Part shown: positions 1 to 8,154 of the stretch, piece after piece
Layout of the letters: every line of letters begins with the position of its first letter
How positions within the stretch are numbered: the first letter of the stretch is position 1
IMG/VR virus record: IMGVR_UViG_3300046330_000375
Location: 1 to 24,947 of that record
Strand: one strand, 5' to 3'
Length of the DNA stretch: 24,947 bases
Source: a virus
Lineage: Duplodnaviria > Caudoviricetes
Position numbers and translations under genes: made by a program
The notes under the pieces: model-generated
What the model was told of the DNA's origin: nothing
Database searches by the model: none
Seen by the model: the letters and a program-made list of their open reading frames with translations, nothing else

Positions 1-2
1 CT

Positions 3-644
3 CCGCTTGCCTATGAAGTATCACAGGAAAACGATGAAGTAAAGCAAGATGAAAACGCTGAACCTAAACAAAGAAAGTTCGGAATCATTAGCGGACACCA
101 TCGAATTGATGCTTGTCGCTCCGCAGGTGTAGAATATATCTTAATCATGGTTATCGACCTCAAAGGAGGAAAAGATGAATTACGCTCTAAACAGATAAGC
201 CATAATGCTCTCGTAGGAAAAGATGATGAAACTGTTCTCAAAGAACTATTCGAGGAAATCAAAAGTATTGAGTACAAAATTCAAAGCGGTCTTAACTCCG
301 AGATAGAGAAAATAAACTACTCATCACTAAACTTTAAAATCGGTTCGTTCAAGAACATAGCAATTACTTTCTTACCCGAAGATGAGGAACGATTCAATGA
401 AACTGTAAAAGACATTGAGCAATTCCTAACTTACCAAAGCGGAACGTCTGTTTATCTTGCTCCACTTGAAATTTATGATAAGTTCGCTGATGCTCTAAGA
501 CGTGTTAAGAAAGTCGAAAACATTAAATCAAATGGCACGGCTATTCTTAGATTAGCAGAGTATGCAATCGCTCACATTGATTCACTCAAACAGTATCAAG
601 AACCCGAACCATCGAACGAAGAACCAAAGAAAAAAGGTAAGTAA
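3..644 (+). CDS. ParB/Srx-like domain protein, 5' truncated by window edge
   Basis: The frame of ORF 147..644 is open from nt 3: PLAYE...KFGIISGHHRIDACRSAGVEYILIMV...KQISHNALVGKDD. IISGHHR..A is the ParB/Srx GxxR motif; the gene lies directly upstream of the terminase. Confidence 0.8.
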   Translation, partial: PLAYEVSQENDEVKQDENAEPKQRKFGIISGHHRIDACRSAGVEYILIMVIDLKGGKDELRSKQISHNALVGKDDETVLKELFEEIKSIEYKIQSGLNSEIEKINYSSLNFKIGSFKNIAITFLPEDEERFNETVKDIEQFLTYQSGTSVYLAPLEIYDKFADALRRVKKVENIKSNGTAILRLAEYAIAHIDSLKQYQEPEPSNEEPKKKGK

Positions 645-659
645 TCAACGCTTAAAACT

Positions 660-1172
660 ATGGCACAAGCTAAAAGCTCGAAGTATAATGCTGAAAAGCA
701 TTTACCCATCATTTACGAGGGAATACTTCAAAACAAAACGCAAAGAGCAATATCAGCACTTTGTGGAATTACAGACGATACTTTCGTTAATTGGAAGAAA
801 GGAAAATCGGACGTTTTAGATACTATACTAAAAGCAGAAGCAGATAGGGCTGATTATCTCAAAAACCTATCTAAAAAGACTTTTACTGAACGTTTAGAGG
901 GATTTGAGGTTGAAGAGAAAATCGTTGATTCTGTGGTTGATGCTGACGGCAATGTTAGAATCAAAGGAATCAAGACTACTACCAAGCGAATTCTTCCAAG
1001 TGATGCGTTGCTTATGTTTGCTATTTGTAACGCTGACCCCGAAAATTTCAGTAATAGACATTACTTAGAGCATGGAGGTTCGGTAAACAATCCGATTATC
1101 GGTAATGACCAACCAATGACGGACGAACAAATACAAAAACTTAGAGAATTTAAAGAATCCTTGAAAAAATAG
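660..1172 (+). CDS. terS: Terminase small subunit
   Basis: N-terminal HTH-like segment (TQRAISALCGITDDTFVNWKK), then GFEVEE...KTTTKRILPS...FAICNADPENF typical of TerS; immediately upstream of TerL. Confidence 0.8.
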   Translation: MAQAKSSKYNAEKHLPIIYEGILQNKTQRAISALCGITDDTFVNWKKGKSDVLDTILKAEADRADYLKNLSKKTFTERLEGFEVEEKIVDSVVDADGNVRIKGIKTTTKRILPSDALLMFAICNADPENFSNRHYLEHGGSVNNPIIGNDQPMTDEQIQKLREFKESLKK

Positions 1173-1177
1173 AGTGT

Positions 1178-2626
1178 ATGGAATTTAGGGCGTTTCCAAT
1201 GAGTGGGCTTGACATCTTTGGTTATCTTGACAAAGATAAGCGGCTAATGCTCGATGATACCACAATCAAGCAGGTTGGATTCTATCCAGTATTCTTTCCC
1301 GATAGGTTTTACAATGAGTTAAATTCTGATAAGCGTTACGATGTTTGGATTGGTGGTAATGGTAGCGGTAAATCAACTGCAAAAGCCTTACAGTTGCTAT
1401 TGAAAGCGATGAACCCAAGTATTTACTTTCGTTGTTTGTTTGTTCGTATGCACAAAACAGATATACGCAAGTCAGTTTACCAAACTTTCAAGGACGTTGC
1501 TAAATTCTATAAACTCGAAAAGTATTTCAGATTTTACAACGGTACTTGCGACATCTTTTGTTATGCTACTGGACATTGGTTGTATTCAAGTGGTTTAGAT
1601 GATACTGGTAAGTTATCGGGTATCAACGATGTTACCGACATTTGGTTTGAAGAACCGATAACCATTTCAAACGGTAGAATCCAAATGGCTACGATGGACG
1701 ACTTCGATAACTTGAATGCTCGTTTACGTACACCACTTGGAAAGCATAAGATACATTTTACACTCAACCCGATTAGCAAAGAGTTCTTTTTGTATAAGCA
1801 CTTGCTCAATCCCGAAATAGAGGAAAAAGACTTGTACTATGACATAGACGACTTTTCAATCTGTTACAGCAACTTTGAAGATAATCCTTTCTTACCCGAT
1901 GATTACGTGAAGAAAGTAATTATGAACTGGAAAGGAGATAGAGCAGTTTACGGTAGAGAGGGTAAATGGGTATCACAGAAAACAGGCAAAGAATGGATTT
2001 ACTCATTCCGCAGGGATTTGCACACTAAGCCAGTTTTCTATGCCAAAGATTTGCCAGTGCATTTGACCTTTGACTTTAATATTCAGCCGTATCAAACGAT
2101 GTTGTGTATTCAAGTCTTGAAAAAGATAGTAAACGATAAAGAAATATTCGTTGTAAGAGTTTTTAGAGAGTATTGTTCATCAAACCCTAACAACTACCCC
2201 GAATATGCCCCCAAGACGTTTATTAAGCAGTATATCAAGAGTTTTGGAGCAGTTCCGTTGTACTTCTATGGCGATGCAAGTGGAAAGAATGGTGCAAACG
2301 CTTACAGAGGTATTGAAAACACCATAAAGCCGTATTTGCATAACCTTTCAAACCAAGTACCGAACTCAAACCCTTTCAATGAAGATGCAAGGGATTTTTT
2401 GAATGAAGTATTTAGCGGAGAGTATGCCATCGAGGTTGAGATTGATGAAAAGCGATGCCCAAACCTCATTAAAGACTTAGAAGAACTCCAAGAGGGTACA
2501 GATGGTTACAATCCCGAAGTGAAAACCATTGACGGCTCACGAGTAGAAACCAAAGGACATTGCTTTGATGCGTTCAAGTATTTTATGTATAAGTATTTCA
2601 AGCATTTACACAGAGGAAGCAAATAA
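1178..2626 (+). CDS. terL: Terminase large subunit (PBSX/SPP1-like)
   Basis: Walker A GGNGSGKS, Walker B DIWFEE, coupling motif FTLNP, RNase H-like nuclease motifs TFDFN, GDASG and HCFDAFKY. Confidence 0.95.
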   Translation: MEFRAFPMSGLDIFGYLDKDKRLMLDDTTIKQVGFYPVFFPDRFYNELNSDKRYDVWIGGNGSGKSTAKALQLLLKAMNPSIYFRCLFVRMHKTDIRKSVYQTFKDVAKFYKLEKYFRFYNGTCDIFCYATGHWLYSSGLDDTGKLSGINDVTDIWFEEPITISNGRIQMATMDDFDNLNARLRTPLGKHKIHFTLNPISKEFFLYKHLLNPEIEEKDLYYDIDDFSICYSNFEDNPFLPDDYVKKVIMNWKGDRAVYGREGKWVSQKTGKEWIYSFRRDLHTKPVFYAKDLPVHLTFDFNIQPYQTMLCIQVLKKIVNDKEIFVVRVFREYCSSNPNNYPEYAPKTFIKQYIKSFGAVPLYFYGDASGKNGANAYRGIENTIKPYLHNLSNQVPNSNPFNEDARDFLNEVFSGEYAIEVEIDEKRCPNLIKDLEELQEGTDGYNPEVKTIDGSRVETKGHCFDAFKYFMYKYFKHLHRGSK

Positions 2627-2650
2627 TTTTTAATTTCTAATAACAATCAA

Positions 2651-2938
2651 ATGAAAACAGCATCTAAGTACAGAAAGAAACCAGTAGTAATTGAAGCTAT
2701 GCAATTTACTACCAACAATGAAGTTGGAAGCCCAACAATGGATAGCATTATTAATTGGTGCAATCAAGGAAAAGACAAGCCCAATGCTTGGCATAATGGA
2801 ACTGACATTTTTATTTTTACTCTTGAAGGAGAAATGAGAGCAAGTGTTGGTGATTTTATCATAAAAGGAGTTAATGGAGAATTTTATCCATGTAAAGCAG
2901 ATATTTTTGCTAAAACTTATGACGAAGTAGAAGAATAA
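2651..2938 (+). CDS. Small conserved phage protein of unknown function (YRKKPVVIEA...TLEG...GDFIIKGVNGEFYPCK..IF.KTY family)
   Basis: Recognisable widespread phage family signature; A-rich leader; followed by a terminator. Confidence 0.85.
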   Translation: MKTASKYRKKPVVIEAMQFTTNNEVGSPTMDSIINWCNQGKDKPNAWHNGTDIFIFTLEGEMRASVGDFIIKGVNGEFYPCKADIFAKTYDEVEE

Positions 2939-2943
2939 CCAAA

Positions 2944-2978
2944 AGTCCCTGTAATTTTACAGGGACTAATTTTTTTTT
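2944..2978 (+). terminator. Rho-independent terminator
   Basis: Perfect stem AGTCCCTGTA (2944-2953) / TACAGGGACT (2958-2967), 4-nt loop, then AA and T9 (2970-2978). Confidence 0.75.
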
Positions 2979-2983
2979 AACTC

Positions 2984-4870
2984 ATGGAAGATTTACAAAC
3001 CATCATTGATGAAGCATTAAGCACCTGCAAAGTGTTCATTGAAACCCAGTATAAACACGCTGATTACGATGAAACTGTAAGGCTCAACACTCTATACAAA
3101 AGGCTTGTTACTGGAAAAGACTTTGCACCATTGCTACCTCGTTTCATATTTGGAGAAGATGAAATACTACATACTCAACGTTTGGCTTTGACCGTTGAAC
3201 CTTTCAAGGCTGCTTATGCTCCATGCTTGTCTAAATTCTACAATGTGTATCGTACCCCAGTAAACAAGAGTATTACTGTCAAGGGTAATGGCAATAAAGA
3301 TGCCATTGAATACTTTGAAAAGTTCTTCTACCAAAACAAAAGCGTGGAGAACTATTTTAAGGAGTTTATCAAAGCGTTTACCATCAACGACCCTAACGCA
3401 TTTCTAATTGTTGATTTCTTGCCTTTTGACCCAAAGAAAAAAGGTAAACCGATACCTTACCCAGTAATCGTAAATAGCAATGAGGTTTATGATTTTGGTT
3501 ACTCAAATACAGGAGAACTAAGCTATTTGTTTTGTTGCATCGAAAAGAATGTATTCGTAACCAACGATAAAACACAGGAGTATGAAAAGAAAGTTGCTAA
3601 GGACTATTACTACTTTGGCAAAGGCTTTTGTATTGAGTTCTTGCAAGTATTAGAGAACGATGCTCGTAAGTTACCCGAACCAAACCAAGTATTTGAAAAG
3701 CGTGATAAGGTACGGTACAATGTTTACATCAAAAACAAGTACAGTCCTAAGAGAACCGAGATACAACCAAGAATCCAAGCGTTTAGAATTGGTTATGTGA
3801 AGTCTGACGACAATCCGAGAGTATTGGTAAGCCCTATTGACAAAAGCACCAGTTTAGCGATTGACTTGATTCGCAACAAATCGAACTTAGACATTTGCCT
3901 TTTGCTTTACAATTTTCCTACTCCGATGATTAGAGGGGAACGATGCCCGGGAGAAGTTCACATCGACCCAATGAGAACGTGCAACGGAGGTTACATTTCA
4001 AATAGTAGCGATAAGTGTGGAACTTGTAAGGGTTACGGTAAAATCCTGCCAACATCGCCACAACACGCTATGTATATTCCAAACGATACGGACAAAGATG
4101 GCAATGTTATTCCGCTTGACGACTGGATGAAATACCTCACTAAGCCGATTGATGGTTTAAAAATGACCCAAGAAGAAATTGAAAGACTGAAAAACGAGAT
4201 TATGATTTCGGTGTTCAGTTCTGACGATAACAGACAGCAAGGCAATACCTCAACTTTCATCGGCACGAATAGCCAACCAACAGCTACGAGTTCTATTCTG
4301 AAAAAGGACAATATCAACAATACGTTGAAACCTTATGCGGACCATAACGCTGAAATGTGGAAGTTTGTAGTTTCGATGTTTGGACAGTTTTACGATTCAG
4401 TTCTCGAATGCTCATACGAGTACAAAACGCAAAAGTTTGAGCCACTAACCAAGGAAGATGTCGCTATGGAACTTAGTGCGTTGATTGATGCCAAAGCTGA
4501 TAAAGCATTGATAGCTGAAAAGCAACGAGAACTTGCTCGAATGACCTTTGAAGCTGATAGTGATTCATTGAAGCGGTACAATGCCAAGATTGTTACATTG
4601 CCTTTCATCGGAGAAACGAATATGCCAACAGTCCTTTCGAGTACCTTTGTAATGAAGAAAACGAAAGTAGCTTATCTGTACTTTGAAGATGTTTGGAAAC
4701 AACTACTTGAAGAAACTCCCGAAATTGTCAATAAAGATGCTAAGGAGATTATGACTGCTTTTGATGCCAAGATTGATGAAATTATGACAGTCGTAGAGAA
4801 AGAAAACGAGATAGTTCTGCCAGCTTTGAATCGTAGCACATCGTTCAACAAACCGCAACCAACAAAATGA
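2984..4870 (+). CDS. Portal protein with internal Cys4 zinc-finger insert
   Basis: 628 aa, located after TerL and before a minor head gene; contains RCPG...TCNGG...KCGTCKGYG; helical C-terminal half. Confidence 0.75.
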   Translation: MEDLQTIIDEALSTCKVFIETQYKHADYDETVRLNTLYKRLVTGKDFAPLLPRFIFGEDEILHTQRLALTVEPFKAAYAPCLSKFYNVYRTPVNKSITVKGNGNKDAIEYFEKFFYQNKSVENYFKEFIKAFTINDPNAFLIVDFLPFDPKKKGKPIPYPVIVNSNEVYDFGYSNTGELSYLFCCIEKNVFVTNDKTQEYEKKVAKDYYYFGKGFCIEFLQVLENDARKLPEPNQVFEKRDKVRYNVYIKNKYSPKRTEIQPRIQAFRIGYVKSDDNPRVLVSPIDKSTSLAIDLIRNKSNLDICLLLYNFPTPMIRGERCPGEVHIDPMRTCNGGYISNSSDKCGTCKGYGKILPTSPQHAMYIPNDTDKDGNVIPLDDWMKYLTKPIDGLKMTQEEIERLKNEIMISVFSSDDNRQQGNTSTFIGTNSQPTATSSILKKDNINNTLKPYADHNAEMWKFVVSMFGQFYDSVLECSYEYKTQKFEPLTKEDVAMELSALIDAKADKALIAEKQRELARMTFEADSDSLKRYNAKIVTLPFIGETNMPTVLSSTFVMKKTKVAYLYFEDVWKQLLEETPEIVNKDAKEIMTAFDAKIDEIMTVVEKENEIVLPALNRSTSFNKPQPTK

Positions 4871-5733
4871 GCCGTAAAGAGATAGAAAAACGCATCAATG
4901 AAATCTTGAAACGACAAGAAAACTTCGCCTTGCTTCTTGAAGAACTGCAAGGCGTTTTTCTTGAAGAACTAATGTCAAGTTACGCATCGGTAGTGTTCAG
5001 TAATAGTGCGTATGAAACGTTCTTTATTGAGTTTAATCAAAAGTATCACATCGAAGTAGTTGCAACGCTTATGAATGACATTATCAGCGTTATAGAATCG
5101 AATGAAGCATACTTCAAAGAAGAACTTGGACTGGCTACCATTGAGCCAACTGTGAAAAATGCTATCTTGAAAGAGTTTGGTATTACCAGTGCGTATGATA
5201 TGGGCGATGGATTCCTTAAAAACGTTTGGCAAAGTACAGGAGTAAAAGAATCGGTTCGGTCTTACCTCACTAAGACTGCACGAAATGAGTTACTCAATAC
5301 TGCCAAAGAAGAACTAAGAACCTTTGTCAAAGGTAATGGCGAAACAATGGGAGTGTACGAAAGGTTTTATTATCGCTCGGAAGATTACAGCCCAATCTCA
5401 ATATTTGATTCGTATCAAAAGGCTGATAGATTTGCTCAAAACACTTATGCTGAACAATTTGAGTTACAGGCATCTATTTACGTTGGTGGAACAATCGCAG
5501 GCACTCGACCTTTCTGTTTAGAACGTAATGGAAAAGTTTTCCTTAAAGATGAAATTCAGTCGTGGGAAAATCTTACCTTTGCAGGTAAACCAAAGAACGG
5601 TTATCAACCATTCGAGGATTTAGGCGGTTATCGTTGTAGGCATCATTTATCATGGATTAGCAATGCAACTGCTATGCGTTTAGACAAAACTATTAAAATC
5701 AACGATGAAAACAGACTTTACAGAGAAGTATAA
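4867..5733 (+). CDS. Minor head / head morphogenesis protein (SPP1 gp7 / Mu F-like)
   Basis: C-terminal YVGG...TRPFC...GKVF...GGYRCRHHL Cys/His motif; ATGA-like overlap with the portal end. Confidence 0.75.
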   Translation: MSRKEIEKRINEILKRQENFALLLEELQGVFLEELMSSYASVVFSNSAYETFFIEFNQKYHIEVVATLMNDIISVIESNEAYFKEELGLATIEPTVKNAILKEFGITSAYDMGDGFLKNVWQSTGVKESVRSYLTKTARNELLNTAKEELRTFVKGNGETMGVYERFYYRSEDYSPISIFDSYQKADRFAQNTYAEQFELQASIYVGGTIAGTRPFCLERNGKVFLKDEIQSWENLTFAGKPKNGYQPFEDLGGYRCRHHLSWISNATAMRLDKTIKINDENRLYREV

Positions 5734-5950
5734 ATCAGTTGTTGTTATTTGTGGAAACGACACAAGAAGAACCCAGTTGCAGTTTATGATAGGCGAATTA
5801 GTTTATTTAACTACCGACCCCGAACAGTTGCAGCGATTTGTTACAGGCATAGTAATTCGACCGAATGATATAATTTATGAGTTGGCTTGTGGCAAAGACT
5901 TATCCAACCATTACGAGTTTGAAATGACAAAAGATAAAACAGTATTCTAA
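5705..5950 (+). CDS. Small hypothetical phage protein, possible SH3/KOW-like barrel
   Basis: FMIGELVYLTTDPEQLQRFVTGIVIRPNDIIYELACG...HYEFEM pattern; overlaps the upstream gene by 29 nt, so the start is uncertain. Confidence 0.65.
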   Translation: MKTDFTEKYKSVVVICGNDTRRTQLQFMIGELVYLTTDPEQLQRFVTGIVIRPNDIIYELACGKDLSNHYEFEMTKDKTVF

Positions 5951-6017
5951 AACGAACAACTCACGTTCGGTTTCTTCTTAGAATCCGTCTTGATGTTTGT
6001 TTGTTTGTGAACATCAG

Positions 6018-6052
6018 AAACTATGCGAAAGATTTTTTGCATAGTTTTTTTT
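6018..6052 (+). terminator. Rho-independent terminator
   Basis: AAACTATGCGAAA pairs with TTTTGCATAGTTT (one G-U), followed by a T tract. Confidence 0.7.
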
Positions 6053-6079
6053 ATTTTGTTGCGAAATGTTTTAACTTTA
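6051..6079 (+). promoter_or_regulatory. Possible Bacteroidota primary-sigma promoter (variant -7 box TAACTTTA)
   Basis: TAACTTTA at 6072-6079 is one mismatch from TAnnTTTG; -33 box imperfect; lies between a terminator and ATG 6119. Confidence 0.4.
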
Positions 6080-6118
6080 CGGCAGTTTAAACAATCAAAC
6101 AAACAAACAACTACAAAA

Positions 6119-6967
6119 ATGGACAAACGCCCAACGCACGTTCTTTCTATTCCAAGAAACTTGACAGAAAGAGAAATTGTAAATCTTGCTAAACGTCAGC
6201 AAGAATGTGTTCGAGAAAAAGAGCAGCTTGAAAACTTGATGAAAACGGAGGTTCAGAAAATGAAAACCAAAATTGCCGACAAAGCCAATGAAGTTAAAAC
6301 CCTCGGCAATCGCATTACCTCCGCTACTGATTACGTTGAGCATCTTTGCTACGTCATTAAAGACAGAGAGCAAATGAAAACTATCTACATTGCCGTTGAA
6401 ACTGGCTTGATTATCAAAACGGAAGATTTCACACCTGCACAGGCTCACAGACAGATTACAATTCTTGAAGGGCATTTCATCGAAGAAAGCAAAGATAACT
6501 TAGAAGAAACGGCTTTTGATTTGTTCGACCAGTTCATAAAAAAGGACATCGAAGCAATGACCGCCAAAATTGAAAACTTCGATTATATGGAGTTTTTGTC
6601 GAGTTTAGCTGATAGTGAAGAGCATAAGTACAAGTATGTTGCCTTGACCATCGACAAAATGATTCAAGATGATGTATTTGATACCGATGGAGAGGTTTTT
6701 GAGTTTGACACCTACTACGACATCATTGAAGCGTTTTGGAAGTCATACAATCCATTTGAGGAACGAAACAATGAAGTTCCTCCACCAGTTGCACAGGCAA
6801 GCAATGAGGAAGTTATCACAGACCATCAAGCCCCGAAAGATTTGGGCGATATTCCTGCCAACAATGTAGAAGAATCGTTGAGTGAAGAGTTTCCAACTAA
6901 TTTACCCGAAACTCCAAGCGAAACACCAACAAGCAAGAAAAAAGGTAAAAAAGACACAGAACAGTAA
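6119..6967 (+). CDS. Hypothetical protein: N-terminal coiled coil plus beta-hairpin, acidic disordered C-terminus
   Basis: Start re-called at ATG 6119 after an A-rich leader, because ORF-track start 6023 lies inside the terminator. LTERE...coiled coil...C...ETGLII...RQ resembles a common phage hypothetical family. Confidence 0.75.
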   Translation: MDKRPTHVLSIPRNLTEREIVNLAKRQQECVREKEQLENLMKTEVQKMKTKIADKANEVKTLGNRITSATDYVEHLCYVIKDREQMKTIYIAVETGLIIKTEDFTPAQAHRQITILEGHFIEESKDNLEETAFDLFDQFIKKDIEAMTAKIENFDYMEFLSSLADSEEHKYKYVALTIDKMIQDDVFDTDGEVFEFDTYYDIIEAFWKSYNPFEERNNEVPPPVAQASNEEVITDHQAPKDLGDIPANNVEESLSEEFPTNLPETPSETPTSKKKGKKDTEQ

Positions 6968-6989
6968 TTATTCATCATAGGTAAGGTTT

Positions 6990-7019
6990 AAAAAGCAGAG
7001 CATTAGTTCTGCTTTTTTT
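6990..7019 (+). terminator. Rho-independent terminator (possibly bidirectional)
   Basis: AAAAAGCAGAGC-ATTA-GTTCTGCTTTTTTT. Confidence 0.8.
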
Positions 7020-7087
7020 GCACTATTTCAATAGAAAGTACCGCAAAAGCCGAGTATTATATCGAAAATCATTGAACTATTCTAATA

Positions 7088-7462
7088 ATGAGATTTGTAA
7101 CTATAAAATTAAACCCTATGGGAAAGCCAAGAATGACCCAAAGGGATAAATGGGATAAAAGAGATTGTGTTTTACGATACTATGAGTTTAAAGACGAATT
7201 AATTAGGCAATATGAAAAGCACAAGATTAATTTAAACGATGGAGTTTTAAGGGTTAGGTTTGTTCTGCCTTTTCCTAAAAGCTATAAAATAAAGAAAAGG
7301 GATTTATTAAGAGGAAAACCTCACCAAGAAAAACCCGACATTGACAACTTAGTAAAAGCAGTCCTTGATTCAGTATTGAAAGATGATAAAGCCGTTTGGA
7401 AGTGTGTAGCTGAAAAAGTATGGGGAGATACTGGTCTAATCATTTTCGCAATAGACGAGTAA
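7088..7462 (+). CDS. rusA: RusA family Holliday junction resolvase
   Basis: GKPRMT N-terminus, PFPKS, and catalytic KPDIDNLVKAVLDS..KDD motif. Confidence 0.92.
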   Translation: MRFVTIKLNPMGKPRMTQRDKWDKRDCVLRYYEFKDELIRQYEKHKINLNDGVLRVRFVLPFPKSYKIKKRDLLRGKPHQEKPDIDNLVKAVLDSVLKDDKAVWKCVAEKVWGDTGLIIFAIDE

Positions 7463-7467
7463 AAATT

Positions 7468-7498
7468 TTTGGTAAATAAAAAGATTTGTATATTTGCA
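7468..7498 (+). promoter_or_regulatory. Bacteroidota primary-sigma promoter for the head operon
   Basis: TTTG (7468-7471), 17-nt spacer, TATATTTG(CA) (7489-7498) matches the -33/-7 consensus TTTG...TAnnTTTG. Confidence 0.75.
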
Positions 7499-7527
7499 CA
7501 GTTTCAAACCATAAACAAATAAATGTC

Positions 7528-7890
7528 ATGCAGAAGCATTATAGAAACAAAAAAAACGGTGAAGTTAAAATGTTAAGCCCTCAAATCATCAAAGCATCGG
7601 GCGATGAAGAATTTTGGGAAGAATTGACAGCCGAAGAAATTGCATTGTTAGAGGGAAAAGTTACTGATGAACAGGAACAAACCGAAGCAGTAAATACGCA
7701 AGTTACAGCTACACCAGTTGTTAGCAAAGTTGTTGGAGGTGGTAGTAAAAAACCATCAGAACCTAAAAAGGACGAACCAAGCGATGATAAGCCAAACGAC
7801 AACGGAGTAAATCCAAAGTCTGATGGAAAAGACGGAGAAAATTCTGATGAAATCATTGCTGTAACAGCCAACGAACTTAAAGAGCAATGA
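7528..7890 (+). CDS. Small acidic low-complexity protein
   Basis: Start re-called at ATG 7528 (MQKHYRNKKNGEV), because TTG 7486 lies within the promoter; ATGA overlap with the next gene. Confidence 0.7.
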   Translation: MQKHYRNKKNGEVKMLSPQIIKASGDEEFWEELTAEEIALLEGKVTDEQEQTEAVNTQVTATPVVSKVVGGGSKKPSEPKKDEPSDDKPNDNGVNPKSDGKDGENSDEIIAVTANELKEQ

Positions 7891-8105
7891 GCGAACAAAT
7901 AATTAAATTCCCTTCTACCAATGGTGGAGGGGAATACCTTTTAACAGCAGAGCAAGCCGACTTACTAAGAAAGAACGGTTTACCTATTGGAGAACCAATA
8001 GAAGCTGTTGAAGTATCGAATCCTGCCCCAGTCGTTACAGGCGGAGCAAAAAGAAAACCAGTCGTTTCGGGAGAAGCAACTGAAACCACCACAGAGGAAG
8101 TATAG
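7887..8105 (+). CDS. Small acidic protein, possible paralogue of the upstream gene
   Basis: ATGA coupling; shares LTAE...LL and PVV..GG.K motifs with 7528..7890. Confidence 0.7.
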   Translation: MSEQIIKFPSTNGGGEYLLTAEQADLLRKNGLPIGEPIEAVEVSNPAPVVTGGAKRKPVVSGEATETTTEEV

Positions 8106-8154
8106 GGATATACTGACTTTTCACTTAAATTGGGCAATCCAGCCGTAAAGGAAA

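Noticed and set aside
6023-6118. N-terminal signal-peptide-like extension MRKIFCIVFFILL of ORF 6023..6967
   Set aside because: It is a translation of the terminator hairpin and T tract; ATG 6119 has the proper A-rich leader
624-6948. Recurring AAGAAAAAAGGTAA at 627-640, 3434-3447 and 6935-6948 (17-nt identity between the first two)
   Set aside because: Each copy encodes KKKGK in frame and is low complexity; explained by protein sequence and codon bias rather than an att site or operator
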